Source: Eledone cirrhosa (taxonomy: Eukaryota). Taken from it: a stretch of 64,000 nucleotides of DNA. The position numbers and the translations under genes are program-made. Where the stretch lies: positions 106,826,001 through 106,890,000 of the forward strand of contig OZ024741.1 of assembly GCA_964016885.1 (NCBI GenBank), given 5' to 3'. This document shows, in pieces, positions 14,653-29,394 of this stretch. The notes beneath the pieces are model-generated. The model saw nothing but the letters and a program-made list of their open reading frames with translations. It ran no database searches and had not been told where the DNA came from. Each line of letters begins with the position of its first letter. Position 1 is the first letter of the stretch.

Positions 14653-14715
14653 TTCATAATTACATATAATGAATAATATCTATACTTTGCTTTCTTTAAA
14701 GTTGAATAATGATTT

Positions 14716-15076
14716 TATGGCGGGGTGGTCAGACATCCCGTCTAACTGGATATAGTATACTGGCACATAGTCAAACAAGGAAGAAGGAACATACCTCAGT
14801 ATTATGTTATAGAAACATTTTTTAATTAGAGCAATTAAAAGAATATATTCAAATACATCAGTGCTCCTAGGTTGGGATATATTTTAGTCGTCATATAAAA
14901 CCGCATGGTGTGATATCGTCCTTTGGATCACTGCGTGGAAAACACGTCTATTACCTCCGAGTTATCATCGTTCAAGAGCTATTGTTTCAGCTACTGACGT
15001 CAGAACGCGACGTCAGAACTAAGGGCCGTTAATCGACTACCTTCAAAGTCGACGCTAGATGGCGTGATCTTCTATA
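14716..15076 (-). repeat. 3' LTR of Gypsy element
   Basis: Direct repeat of 19700-20060, offset 4984. Confidence 0.95.
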
Positions 15077-15409
15077 TGGCCTCCCACCAGATTTTTAGAA
15101 AATTAAATAAAAACCGGTTCATCGAATCATGTATGTAGAAAAACCGATTAGCAGCGATCAAAAATCCCAAACCAAGGAGAAATCAGCCCAACCGAGCATG
15201 AAGGGCACAACAAATTTCAAAAATACATATTAAACAATCATGCAAGAACGTGAAAGGAAAAAACAAATGTAATAAAATGTAAATACAATTTCCTAAAAGT
15301 TCCAAAAGTCACTACAGGATTAAAGCACCGCACAATAGCAGTTTAAAAATATACCGTGCTACACAGTTTTTTGGGCCAATGAACCCTCCGACCGGAACGG
15401 GTCGTAGTC

Positions 15410-18400
15410 TTATATCTTGGTGATGGGGGGGGGGGGGCAAAGAAACAGGTGTGTGTGCAAAAGAGAAAGATGGGGTGTATGTGGCTCAGGTGTGTGAGCA
15501 TCTGTGTGGGCCCATTTAAGTCTATCAACCGCAATGGTCTCTCTGGATCCCTTAATGTCTACAGTGAAATGTTTATCAGAACGAGCCAACATACGGTAGG
15601 GTCCAGAGTACGGTTGTGTGAGAGGTGGTCTCACAGCATCGTTTCTTATGAACATATGGGTCCACGAGGCAATATCCCTCGGGACTGCAGATTTTACAGT
15701 TTGTTTCCTGGTATCCATCGGCGGCAGGTCCTGAAAATAAGAACGCAGACGGGATACGTAGGAAAGCGGATCTTGTGCAGCAAGATCCACAGGGGCAAGC
15801 ATTTTCCCAGGCAACGCTAGAGGAGCACCATACAATAATTCGGCCGGGGAGAACCCAAGGTCCTCCTTTATTGATGACCGAATCCCCAACAACACAATAG
15901 GGATGTATTCGCTCCAACGCGTAGAGTCAGGAGAAGTCCGTAGAGCGGCTTTCACTTGTCGGTGGAAACGCGCCACCATTCCATTAGAGGCAGGATGATA
16001 TGCAGTAGTTCGGATGCGTTTAGCGCCGATGATCTTCGTTGATTCATGGAAGAGATTCGATTCAAACTGTCTTCCACGATCCGTTGTAATCGTGGTTGGC
16101 ACTCCAAAGCGGGCAATCCATCTTGATACAAGGGCACGCACTGTCGTTTCAGCAGTGATGTCTTTCAAGGGGATGGCTTCAGGCCATCGCGAAAAACGAT
16201 CAATAACAGTCAATAGATAAGTATGACCACCACTGACTGGCCAAGGTCCCACGATGTCCACATGAATGTGCCGGAAACGGGCGTCCGGTGTACTGAACGT
16301 ACCGAGCGGAGCCTTAACGTGTTTATGGATTTTCGATTTCTGGCAAGCGATGCAGGAACGGCACCAAGCAGTAATATCGCGCCTCATATTTGGCCAGAAT
16401 AATCTGGCTGTTATGAGCTTTACTGTGGCAGAAGATCCTGGGTGGGAAATGCGGTGTAAAGCAAGAAACACAGGACGACGATGGTTTAGCGGGACGAATG
16501 GTCTCGGTGAATCCACGGAAACGTCGCAGAGAATCTGTCCGTCTGCGGTGGGCAATGGCAGGTATTTCAAATTACTCGTCGCAACTTCGGCTGATGTAAT
16601 ATCCAACAATTCCAGTGCAGGTTGGTCTGCTGCCAAGTGATTTAAATCGATGTCGTGGGATGACGCAATTGAACTGATCGGCAATCGAGACAGGGCGTCA
16701 GCCGCTGTGTTCAATGAGCCTGGATTGTGTTGGATGTCGTTTGTGAATTGCGAGATAAAGTCGAGATGCTTTGTTTCTCTGGGCGAGTACTTGTCGAACT
16801 TTGCCCTTAAAGCGAAGGTCAAAGGTTTATGGTCAGTATAGATTGTAAAACACCTTCCTTCGAGCATATGTGAAAAATGTTTCACGGACAGGTAGATGGC
16901 TAACAGCTCCCGGCCAAAGGTGCTGTAGCGAGTTTCTGCAGGCTTCAACTTCCTGGAGAAAAATTCAAATGGTTGTTGGTGATAGTCACTACTCTGTTGT
17001 GAGACTGCACCCACTGCAGTATCCGACGTATCAACGCAAAGCAAAAGCGTGGCATTGGACACTGGGTGGGCCAGTAAAGATGCACTAGCCAATGTTGATT
17101 TGGCTTTTTGAAAATCCTCGAGCTGAATCTGAGTCAATAAGATGTCCTTATTTTTCTTGCGGCAATTTTTCAGAATCTCAGTAAGAGAGAAGAGTAGATT
17201 AGCACAATGCGGAACAAAACGTCTATAGAAATTTATCAGTCCTAGGAATTGTCGCAACTGACGAAGTGAGGTCGGCGGAGGCAAATCCTCTATAGCCTGA
17301 ACTCGTTGAGGGAGGAGTCGAATACCCTCGGAGTCAATGACATGACCTAAAAAATTCAGCGATTCCGCACCGAAAACACATTTTGTGGTATTTATTTGAA
17401 CACTGTAATCCTTGAGTCGACAAAACAAAAGATTCAAATGACGCATGTGTTCTTCTCTGGAGGAACTAGCAATAAGCAGATCATCAATATAAGTGTAGAC
17501 GAAGTCTAAACCACGAGTGACCTCATCCATGAACCGTTGAAAGGTGCTAGCAGCATTCCTAAGTCCGAAAGGCATGGTAAGAAATTCGAATGATCCAAAT
17601 GGAGTCGTAATGGCCGTTTTCGGAATATCTTCTTTCCTGACAGGAATCTGATGATAGGCTCGCACCAAATCGAGCTTCGAGAATATTTTACATCCCTGCA
17701 ATGACGATGCAAAATCTTGCAGGTGTGGAATAGGATATCTATCCGGGACAGTTATAGCATTTAGCTTCCTATAATCCCCAGTGGGTCTCCAGTCGCCAGA
17801 AGTCTTGGGTACCATGTGCAACGGAGAAGCCCAAGGGCTCATAGAAGGGCTAATTATGCCTAGCTGCAGCATGTGGTCGAACTCGGACCGTGCTGCCTTC
17901 AATTTGTCCGCAGGCAAGCGACGAGGACGTGAGAACACTGGGGCGCCAGTTGTAGAGATAAAATGCTCCGTTGTGTGAGTCGGTTCTACAACTCGAAAAT
18001 TTCCCTGAGTAAGCTGTGGGAAAGAATTCAACAATGCATGATAGGGATTCCCAGCATTAGCGATGAAAAAGAAGGTCCGGCTAACTGTTGGAAAATTAGC
18101 TTTCTGGCCACGAAGAGAAAAACCAGTAATGTCGTCTACTAGGCGTCGGCCACGGACGTCCACCGTCAATGCAAAATGGTGTAGAAAAAAAATGGTGCAG
18201 AAAATCCGCTCCCAAGATCGGATATGGTAGGTCAGCAACCGTAAAAATCCATTTGAATTCTCGTCGAAGATTTCTGAATTGCAGAGGAAGCGAGATTTGT
18301 CCAAAAGTCCGTATCGGCGAATGATTGACAGCTTGTAGATTCATTGATGATTCAGGAGGAGTTACTGTCATACAATTGACAGGCCAAATACTGCACGAAG

Positions 18401-18480
18401 CTCCTGTGTACACTAGGAAGGCTCTTCCAGACAGGAGGTCCTCAATGAAGAAATGGCGGTTCCGTTTTGTCTCGCAGAGT
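15410..18480 (-). pseudogene. Gypsy pol (protease, RT, RNase H, integrase), frameshifted
   Basis: FLVYTGASCS (protease DTG site reads YTG); [33 protein letters not shown]; [17 protein letters not shown]; [33 protein letters not shown]; small duplication near 18175-18205 shifts the frame. Confidence 0.93.
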
Positions 18481-18493
18481 TCACTTGCCGCCT

Positions 18494-19275
18494 TTAGTGA
18501 CTCTGATCCACATTTCCAGAGGCCGAATAATTACACAGAGGCCGGCAATATTTTGCCTTATCCGCGAAGGTGGCATGATACCAGCACAATGATGGGTTGC
18601 TGGCGGGCGAAGTAGTACGCCGACGTGGAGTCGCGAAAGAACGCGAACGACTCCTAGGCCGCCGGGAATACGGCCTATTCTCCCTGCATAATCGAGCGAC
18701 TTTCTGCGTCAAAGCGTCAATAACCTTCAACATGGCATCCTCGCGTGTCGAGACGGGCTGGTTCAAATGAGAGGAAGCAATACGCGAGTCCGAGGCGGTA
18801 GCCTTTTCAGAAAGTTCCACGATTCGATCCGCGGAGGCAGCAATTTGCTCCAAAGAGCTGGTGTCCATTATATTTGCCAAAATAATTTGGACGTTGTTTG
18901 GCAGGCGAGAGAAAAATAATTTTTAATAAAGGAATTATCCTATTCGGGCGATTCACTGAGGTCCCTAATGTGGCGCAAACATTCGGACGGCGATCTATCG
19001 CCTAGACACTCGTCCTCCAACAATGAACGAAATCTGCTTTCAGCAGAACGACTGTTCCTTCGAAGAATTTCTTCCCGCAACGAATCATAGGAAATACCGG
19101 CCGACGGGTTCGTAATCAAATCTTTCACTGTTACAGCGAGTGAAGAAGGAATACCACTTATTAAAAAGTTGAGTTTTTGCTCGGTTTTCACTTAGTTGGC
19201 AGCGAAATAAGCGTCGAGCTGCGCAAACCAGAGCTTAGTATCACCTGAGAACGCAGGCAAACCAGGACCACTCAT
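18494..19275 (-). pseudogene. Gypsy gag with stops/frameshift
   Basis: MSGPGLPAFSGDTKLWFAQLDAYF*, LGDRSPSECLRHIR, C-terminal CWYHATFADKAKYCRPLC knuckle. Confidence 0.85.
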
Positions 19276-19680
19276 CGTCAATCTATTTCCACATGGACGA
19301 ATAAAAGTAAGTAATGTTTAAAACGACGGAAAAACAGCACAATTTTCCCTCAACATCCATAAAGTTGCCGCAAGCAAAAGAAATGCAGTCACAGTACAAG
19401 AAATAGCAGTGAAATTCCGAAGGGTGGTATCTGTGAATCAAGATAGCCATTATGAAACAAGATGGCGTCGCCTTTCTTTTCCAAAACAAGAATATGGTTG
19501 CGTGACGAGGCTAAGCCAATCAGATGGCTGCATTTGGAGAAGAAAGACAATGTGCGGGAATGTTAGCTGGCCAGTCAGCCATTTTGAAAAAAAAATGATT
19601 TCTTTTTTTTGTGTGTTAGACGAACAATTTTCAATTTAAAACGAATTGCGAAATTAAGTAGGTTCCATTTTCATACTTAA

Positions 19681-19696
19681 TCGTCGAAGGTTACCA
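19681..19696 (-). promoter_or_regulatory. Primer-binding site, resembling the tRNA-Trp complement (TGGTGACCCCGACG) with substitutions
   Basis: TGGTAACCTTCGACGA 3 nt downstream of the 5' LTR. Confidence 0.65.
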
Positions 19697-19699
19697 CTT

Positions 19700-20060
19700 T
19701 ATGGCGGGGTGGTCAGACATCCCGTCTAACTGGATATAGTATACTGGCATATAGTCAAACAAGGAAGAAGGAACATACCTCAGTATTATGTTATAGAAAC
19801 ATTTTTTAATTAGAGCAATTAAAAGAATATATTCAAATACATCAGTGCTCCTAGGTTGGGATATATTTTAGTCGTCATATAAAACCGCATGGTGTGATAT
19901 CGTTCTTTGGATCACTGCGTGGAAAACACGTCTATTGCCTCCGAGTTATCATCGTTCAAGAGCTATTGTTTCAGCTACTGACGTCAGAACGCGACGTCAG
20001 AACTAAGGGCAGTTAATCAACTGCCTTCAAAGTCGACGCTAGATGGCGTGATCTTCTACC
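19700..20060 (-). repeat. 5' LTR of Gypsy element
   Basis: Direct repeat of 14716-15076. Confidence 0.95.
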
Positions 20061-20243
20061 ATTTTTTTATTGGCACCAAGGGCCTCAGTCACTGAGGACA
20101 ATGCAAGGATAAACACAACACAGAGCGGGGTTAACATCAAGTGAAGGAAAGGGGACATCACTGAAAAGAAAACAGTAGGAATAACAAAGTTGAATGGTGT
20201 TACTAGTCTCAGTAAGTAAAATTTCAAAACATCTTTTAATATA

Positions 20244-21089
20244 CGAGGTGTATCAGACAAGTAACAGGGCTTAGTTTGCTGTGTGAGGTATGAATGAGGT
20301 AGGGATTAGCGGGTGACGTAATATCCGGCGAGTATATAACTGCGATCTCAGCTCTCTGCAGCCATTGTATCTTTTTTCTCGTGCTTTTGTTAACAGTTCC
20401 TCAATTTTAGGGCGCGCAACGATGGAGACAAAACAACGAACAAACCTGAAGTTTATGGTCCTGCTGTGGAACATTCCGTCAGAAGCACTCGGAATACTGC
20501 AGCTAGTGTACAGAGATGAGACGATAAAGCGCTCATGGATTTTTGAGTGGCGCTAAAGGTTCAACGTCTACACCAGGAGCGGAAGGCATTCAACGAGCAG
20601 GACGAAGGCCAACAATCGTCAGCTGACTGTTCGATTGATCGCAAGTGAGCTGGACATGAACAGTGACAGCACTCGGAAGATTATCACGGAATATTTGGGC
20701 ATGCAGAAGACCTGCTCGAAGATGGTGCCGATGTTGCTGAACGACGACCAGAAGGATCGGCGCATGCAGGTGTGTCAGGGCATCATCGAGCGTCTTGAAA
20801 GCGAACCAGACATACTGGGGAGAGTAATCACCGGTGATGGCTCATGGATCTTCGAGTACAACCCTGAGACCATGCGTCAGAGCCATCAAGACCGCCGTGA
20901 CGACGGAACTGCAGAGAATCCTGAGAGAATCCTTCCAGGAGTGCACCGAGGTGTGGCGGAGAAGGATGGGAAAGTACGTTAGACTTGAGTGGGATTATTT
21001 CGAAGAGGAAAACCTGTAGTTTGTAGTTTGGATTTGAACTATTTTTTTTTTTTGCGACCCCAGTTTTGTTTCTTTTCTGACACATCTCG
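20244..21089 (+). mobile_element. Internally deleted mariner-type DNA transposon
   Basis: Imperfect TIRs cgaggtgtatcagacaag / cttttctgacacatctcg with TA on both sides; transposase pieces QRTNLKF..VYRDE..IFEW, KMVPMLL, VITGDGSWIFEY, DYFEE. Confidence 0.88.
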
Positions 21090-22119
21090 TAACCTGAAAG
21101 TCACACCCAGTATATTGCTGGTACTTTATTTTAACAATTTCGGAAGAATGAAAAGTAAAGTAAATGTAAAAGGGATTTGAACGCGCAATATAAAGAAACG
21201 TAACTTAAATATGACCATGTAAGTTGTTGGATGCTCTATCGATTTAACCACTCGATCAACCTGGATGTAACTAGTATTAAAAATTGAAGTTGACATTAGA
21301 AATGATATTTGAGGTATAATTACTACATTAGATGCCTCAGTAGAAAATCAATATGCTTCTTTGCTTCACCCGCTAGAAATAGCAGCTAAATCTCTTTCAA
21401 CTTACAACACATCTTTTTTTGGTGATGGTAGTAGTAGTAGTAGTAGAAGTATTCGTCGTCGTCGTCGTCGTAGTAGTAGTTTATCGTGGTGGTGATGGTG
21501 GTGTTAGTGATGGAGGTGATGTTATTTGTGTTGGTGGTGGTAGTGGTTGTAGTTGTGGAGGTAGTATTTGTGGTTCTGGTGGTGGTGGTGATAGCGGTGG
21601 TAGTGTTGGAGGCGGTGTTATTTGTAGTGGTACTGGTGGAGTGGTGGAGGTAATGGTATTTGTGTTGCTGGTAATAATAGTGGTAGTGGTGGTGGTCGTG
21701 TTGTTAGCAACATCAGGTTAATATAGTTTATATTGTGTGTGAGGTTGAGTTGTGTAACACTGTTTCAATATCTCACGGCTGGAGTCTCGGAACTGTATGT
21801 GTAAAGGAAAAGTTACTTAGCGCTCGCCAACAGCGCCTCTTGGAAGCTTTTAGTTGAAAAATGGCATCGTAAGAATAGCCAGTATGGTCTCTAGATTAAC
21901 CTATTTCCGTTTTCTGCTGATGGTCTTTGGCACTTTCATTCCTCCCAGGTCGTCGCAGCTATTATTCCAAGAAACCAGTGTTTCGCTATAGAAATATGAC
22001 CGAATACGATGGACTATGGGGAAGAAGCATTTTGGTTGAATTGCGGGAGACAGGCTTTTCATTTCATTTTATTTCATTTCATTTCATTTCTTTTCTTTTC
22101 TCTTCTCTTCTCCCCATCA

Positions 22120-22701
22120 ATGAGAAAGATAGAGGGAGATAAAGTAGAAGGGAGCAAAGAGAAAAAAGGAGAAAGAGAAAGAGGGATGGAGAAAGAGAAA
22201 GAGAGGGAGAAAAAGAGAATGTGCATAAAGAGGTGAATAAAAAAAGAAGTAAATGATGACGAAAGAAGAAAAAGAAGGAAGTGGAGAAGGAGAAGAAGAA
22301 GAAGAGGAAGAGAAAGAAGAAGAAGAAGAAGAAGAAGAAGAAGAAGAAGAAGAAGAAGAAAAAGAAGAAGAAGAAGAAGAAGAAGAATACAAAGAAGTAA
22401 ATTGAGGAATAAGAAAGAGAAAAGAAAGAAGAAAAATAATAGGAGGATAACAATAAAAAGAAAAACAAGAATAGGAGGAAGGGGAGGAGGGGGAAAGTAG
22501 TAATAGTAATAGTAATAGTAAGAAGAAGAAGAAGAGGAAGAGGAAGAAGAAGAAGAAGAAGAAGAAGAAGAAGAAGAAGAAGAAGAAGAAGAAGAAGAAG
22601 AGAATGATGGAACGTGTTTTATTTAATAGAGAAAAAGAAAAAAAAATGAAGAAAAAAGAGGAATAGGAGGCGAGGATGAGGAGGAGGGGGAGGAGAGGAA
22701 G

Positions 22702-22733
<32 letters not shown>

Positions 22734-22745
22734 TGAAGGAAGGTG
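22120..22745. repeat. (GAA)n purine-rich low-complexity block
   Basis: Direct reading. Confidence 0.9.
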
Positions 22746-22935
22746 TTTTATTCAATAGTGCCTTAATTGATGGCTATTGAAAATGAGATAATGTAGTAAA
22801 AGAAAGTGAAGTGACATGGCAAGGTAAAGAAAATATTTCAACACTATGTTGTAAAGTTGTAAAGTTGTAAAGTTACCATGTTATCAGGCACTGCCATTAA
22901 TAGTATATATATCTAAATGTGAAGTCAGCGTGTAA

Positions 22936-23053
<118 letters not shown>

Positions 23054-24758
23054 GTATATATATATATATATATACATATATGTATATACACATATACAAA
23101 CATACGTATATATGTCTATGTCTATGTATATATATGTATATATATATATACACACACAACACATATATACATACCTATATATATATACATATATATAAAG
23201 TATAAAGTATATACATAATACACACACACACATAATCGCCCACACACCACACAAACACACACACTCACACACATATATATATATAAGATTAAAATGTCTT
23301 CACCTTTATTTTACCGAATAAAGCAGTGATATATGTAGATAAGCTAAGTGAAATCAACTAAACATATAAATAAGATATATTTCTTTATTGGAGTTTGGTA
23401 GAAAGTCACAGCAATAATATTATTTTGATATGCTTTTTGCATTTTGGTTTTGTTTTAGATATTAAAGGTGTTCCCAGCTACTTTAACTTCGTCTCATGTT
23501 TCTTTTACCTCGATTAGATAATTTATGGTGATGCTGTTGTCTGCTGTGTGAAGGCGTGTGGCAAAGTATTGGGTCCGATTCACAGTCTGGGTGACATATT
23601 GTGTCCTTCATCATGGCATTTTATTTCGTAATGCCCCAGTTCACTTTGTTACAAATCAAAATCTGCAGCAGCTGAGGTTTAGTTCTACGATGAACTGGTA
23701 GTCTACCTTGTACTCTCAGTCGTGTAATGCACACGAAGTTGGGAGAAGCTCTGTGCTTAGTTTCAACCTGTGCAAACCATAGAAAAAAGGACGTAAAAAC
23801 TTAACTCGAATTCTCTAATTTGTTATAGTCACTGCTACTATTGTTGGTAATAGTACTGCTGCTGATGTTGATGGTGTTGATGAAATAATTTTGGCGATGG
23901 TGTGATCATATCGATTTCTAATTTAGGTGCTAAGCCAGCAAATTTTGAAGGAAAGACAAAGCTGAATAAATCAACACCTGTTCTATCTTTTATTGTCCCA
24001 GAAGGATGAATGGTAAAATTGTCCTCTGTAGAATTTGAACTCAGAACGTAAAATGCCGGAACAAATACCACAATGGCATTATATCCGTTACTCTACCAAT
24101 TCTGGTATGATAATATCTGAAGTGATACTATGAAGGCGCTCCTTCTGATCAACATCAGCAACACCAATCTCTCCTGAGAAGGCAACGTCGACTGTCTCTT
24201 TCTTATAACAATGATTATAACAAAAAAGAAACAAAGTTTGTATCCGCCATAAAGTTTACATTATCATTATCTTAGTTAGCAGTGAATATCACTGAAAGGT
24301 TGTGGGCGAAAAATGGCGGTGGTTTTGACGTCTAACAATTTGTTTCTGTGATTATGTGACTCTGGGTTAGGGTTATAACTTACTAATACCTATCTGCCCA
24401 GCCAATTTTTGTTCTTTAATATATTCCATTCTTTTTCTGATCTCGATTCGACTCGGTTGCTTAAGAAATAGCACTTCATAACTATCTCGTTGAGCTCTTC
24501 CCATAGCTATTTATAGAAACATCACGATATTAAAATAACAAAAAACAAACAAACAAACAAACAAACAAAAAACGACATAACACCCACAGACACACACGCA
24601 CACACACACACATATATTTTCTTCATCATCATTAATGAATGGTGTTGCAATATTTAAATGTCCCATAAAAATAAATAAAATGATGTCAAGATTTCTAATT
24701 TAATTATTAATTTGAGAATAGTCCAAAGATGGAAAGGAAGTAATAAAAATAATAAAAA

Positions 24759-25465
<707 letters not shown>

Positions 25466-26144
25466 CTCATACAATTGTAAAATAAAATAGAAAATTCATT
25501 TAGTAAAGAGACAAAAAAACAAAAAAAACCAGTAAATATTCAGTAAAGTATATAACAGGAGGCAATGATATAGTGGTGATGGGGTTGGGGAGGAACACGA
25601 TAAAGACAGGTTAGAGACACTATTAGAGGAAGTAGTAATATGGTGGTGATGAAGTCTGGCTATGAACATGTTAGATACATGCTTGAGATGGTCGCCACAA
25701 CTTTCTTCAACTGGAATGGACCATCACGCAAGGAATTCAATATTCTATCGTGAAAATAAATAATGGATAACAAATATCAAATAAGAAATAACAAAAAAAA
25801 AAACATACAGCCAAAACATAATGAATAACTAAATAACGTTAAAAGAAACATCATCATCATCATCGCCGTCGACGTCGTTCTCTCGTCATCATCATCATCA
25901 TCATCATCTAACACATCTACAAGACGACTGCAACAACAACAATGACAATGATATGATCAGAAACAATAACAGTAAAAGAACAATAAAACAATTAAAATAA
26001 TGTCAACATTAATGAGATACTGGTAGGAGGTGGAGGTCAGTGAGAATGCAATGCGCACACACAGACACGCAGACACACGCACAGACACACAGACATACAC
26101 ACACGCACACACACATACATATATACACATATATATCATATATA

Positions 26145-26211
<67 letters not shown>

Positions 26212-26265
26212 TATACGTATATACGTATATATACATATGTATATATGTATGTATATATATATATA

Positions 26266-26585
<320 letters not shown>

Positions 26586-26601
26586 TATATATATATATAT
26601 A

Positions 26602-26724
26602 TGATGATTTTCTTCGAATGAAACAGTTCTAGTCATGTAAAAGCCAGTTCTATATTAAACTTTTATACTCTGCTATTTATTGAGTACCTTACTTACAGTC
26701 GTAACCCCCAATTGAACCCGGGAT
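26602..26724 (+). mobile_element. 5'-truncated family A copy (partial HHR)
   Basis: tgatga..gaatgaaacagttctagtc..tattgagtaccttacttac..aacccgg. Confidence 0.7.
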
Positions 26725-26730
26725 ACACAC

Positions 26731-26838
<108 letters not shown>

Positions 26839-26841
26839 ACC

Positions 26842-26880
<39 letters not shown>

Positions 26881-26884
<4 letters not shown>

Positions 26885-27163
26885 CAGGTAAGTATGTTTT
26901 GAAACAGCGAGCGAGTTAGAGATTATAAATAGAAGCTATCGCCGTATCTTTGACTAAAGAAATTTTAGCCTACTAGTGGGGCTTAGAACCCTAAAAGAAA
27001 TGGAAAAAGATGTGTATTGTACGCTAATACTCATCTTTTTCCATTTCTTTTAGGGTTCTAAGCCCCACTAGTAGGCTAAAATCTCTTTAGTCAAAAATAC
27101 GGTGATAGCTTCTATTTATAATCTCTAACTCGCTCGCTGTTTCAAAACATACTTACCTGTCAT
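26881..27163. repeat. Near-perfect fold-back (about 135-bp arms) inserted in (TA)n
   Basis: atgacaggtaagtatgttttgaaac... versus ...gtttcaaaacatacttacctgtcat. Confidence 0.92.
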
Positions 27164-27582
27164 ATATATATATATTTAATGGAGTCTAAGTCAGTGGTGC
27201 AGCATATGTACAAACGTTATCTGCATATTACAATTATTTCGATATCAATCAGCTCAGGGTACAATCAAGGTGACGGGTCCGACACTCTTTTGACATCTCG
27301 TCAGGTATGCGAGCTTATATGTATTGGAAGAATACATATGTTGTGTGCTTGAATAGAATTGCAATGTCGTTTATTGACTGCATATACAGCCCGATTGGTC
27401 AACATATTATTCAAAAGTGTTTATGCACACACACGTATGTATATACATGTGTGATTGTTATACAAACAAACATACACATGTATATACATGCGTATTTGTT
27501 ATACACACACACATACACATACATACAAACACACACATATATATATATACATACACACACACACACATATATATATATACAT

Positions 27583-27876
<294 letters not shown>

Positions 27877-28124
27877 ATATATATATACATATATATAAAA
27901 CTGGAGTTGTCTGTGTGTCTGTGTATCCTCATTTTTGCAAAGTCTATACAAATCCACATTTCTACTCCGATTAACTTCAAACTTGCATTTATATATTTCT
28001 TGTGGTTTAAAGATATTAACTGCAGCTTTTATATTTCAATTTTCTGTTGTTAAAGGGGAGTTAGGCGCCGGTTATCGATCTGTGTGAGATGTGAAAAAAC
28101 CCACAGACCCTCCATCTCAACTCA

Positions 28125-28162
28125 CCTTTTGAAAAGCAGAAGAACTGCGAAACCGGTAAAGG
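28125..28162 (+). ncRNA. Minimal type I hammerhead motif with U3-A8 core
   Basis: CCTT-TTGAAAA-GCAG aagaa CTGC-GAAAC CG GTA^AAGG; identical motif on minus strand at 48021-48058; host element about 28087-28300. Confidence 0.7.
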
Positions 28163-28293
28163 AACCAAATAAATATGTATATATTTTTTTAAAAATAAGA
28201 CTCCAGTTGCATTTTCGATTTCATCTTTTTTTCTTTATACTTTCACTCGCGTAGGACACCTCGGTTATTTTTCATTTTGTAAAAAACCCTCAC

Positions 28294-28340
<47 letters not shown>

Positions 28341-28440
28341 TATTGAAATTTCCGTTGGAAACAGAAAAGGTCATAGAAATGAAGAGTGCTCTATGTAAGT
28401 ATCAGAGCAAAATTTAATGTATAAAAATCAATACAATATA

Positions 28441-28518
28441 ATTACCTCATTACCAGAGGTTTCCCGAATGAGGCGAATACGAAATAAACGACTTCATTCG
28501 TTCGTCAGACGAGGCAAT
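28441..28518 (-). ncRNA. Type I hammerhead ribozyme in pseudo-LTR (intact core)
   Basis: ATTGCCTCGT-CTGACGA-a.CGAATGA..TCATTCG.g-GAAACC tct GGTA^ATGAGGTAAT; 10-bp stem I. Confidence 0.85.
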
Positions 28519-28944
28519 ATAAAACATGGGCAAATACTTAGAAAAACACATCAAGAAAATCAAAAAAAGATATAGATAAATGAAATAGAAATTGAAATAT
28601 ATAAAAATCTATCAAGAAATATAGTTAGGTGTGTGTATATGTATGTATATACGCTCCCAGATGTGCATATATGTATATGTGTACATGTACATGTATAGTG
28701 AGAAAGTGTGCGTAATTCTAAAATAGGGCAAATGTATCTATATGTCTGTATTATACAAACAGAAATGGTTACATCGTAAATATACGAATATGAAGGCGCG
28801 CGCATAAAACGCCTGGACACTCGTACGCTTAGGTGCGGAAAGAAAGGAGGTAAGGAAGTGTAATAATTAAAAGAAAAGGGTCAGTCTCGATATATTTATA
28901 AAAATATAATAACGATAAATTAGAAAGAAAAAATTAAAGAAAAA

Positions 28945-29394
28945 TGCCCATTACAAGGTAAATGCAACACCAAAGCAATTGTATATGCGGCTAAAGTGAC
29001 AACCATCAGCAACAACCATCCAGCCACCAGTGAACGATATGTGGGTATGACGCAAGACAGATTCAAAACGCGTTATTACTCACATGTCGCATCCTTTCGA
29101 CATCCAGAAAAAAGATTTACAATAGCTCTGGCTAGCAGAATTTGGGATTTGAAAGACCAAGGCATCCAATATAAACTAGATTGGTCAATTTTGAACCAAT
29201 CTAAAAAATATGCTAGAGGAACAAAATGCACGCTCTGCATAAATGAAAAATTTTGGATATTGCAAAATCTTAAATCACCAAAGACCTGCCTGAACACAAA
29301 GACGGAAATTTTCACCAGTTGCCCACACATGAAATCACACCTGCTTTCCAGCTCATATAAACTTAACACACTTTCAGATACTTATCCTCCATAA
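28945..29394 (+). pseudogene. PLE C-terminal GIY-YIG endonuclease fragment (5'-truncated)
   Basis: CPLQGKC..IVYAAKV..YVGMT..FKTRYYSH..SF..IWDLK..W..CTLCINEK..LNTKTE..CPH. Confidence 0.88.

Larger units (their letters stand above)
14716..20060 (-). mobile_element. Full-length decayed Ty3/Gypsy LTR retrotransposon
   Basis: 361-bp LTRs at 14716-15076 and 19700-20060 (about 8 differences by eye); 4-bp TSD ATTT (14712-15, 20061-64); PBS TGGTAACCTTCGACG after the 5' LTR; purine-rich tract before the 3' LTR; gag-PR-RT-RH-IN order. Confidence 0.95.

Noticed and set aside
28945-29394. Naiad-type selenoprotein PLE
   Set aside because: GIY-YIG is C-terminal here and no in-frame TGA is seen at Cys positions
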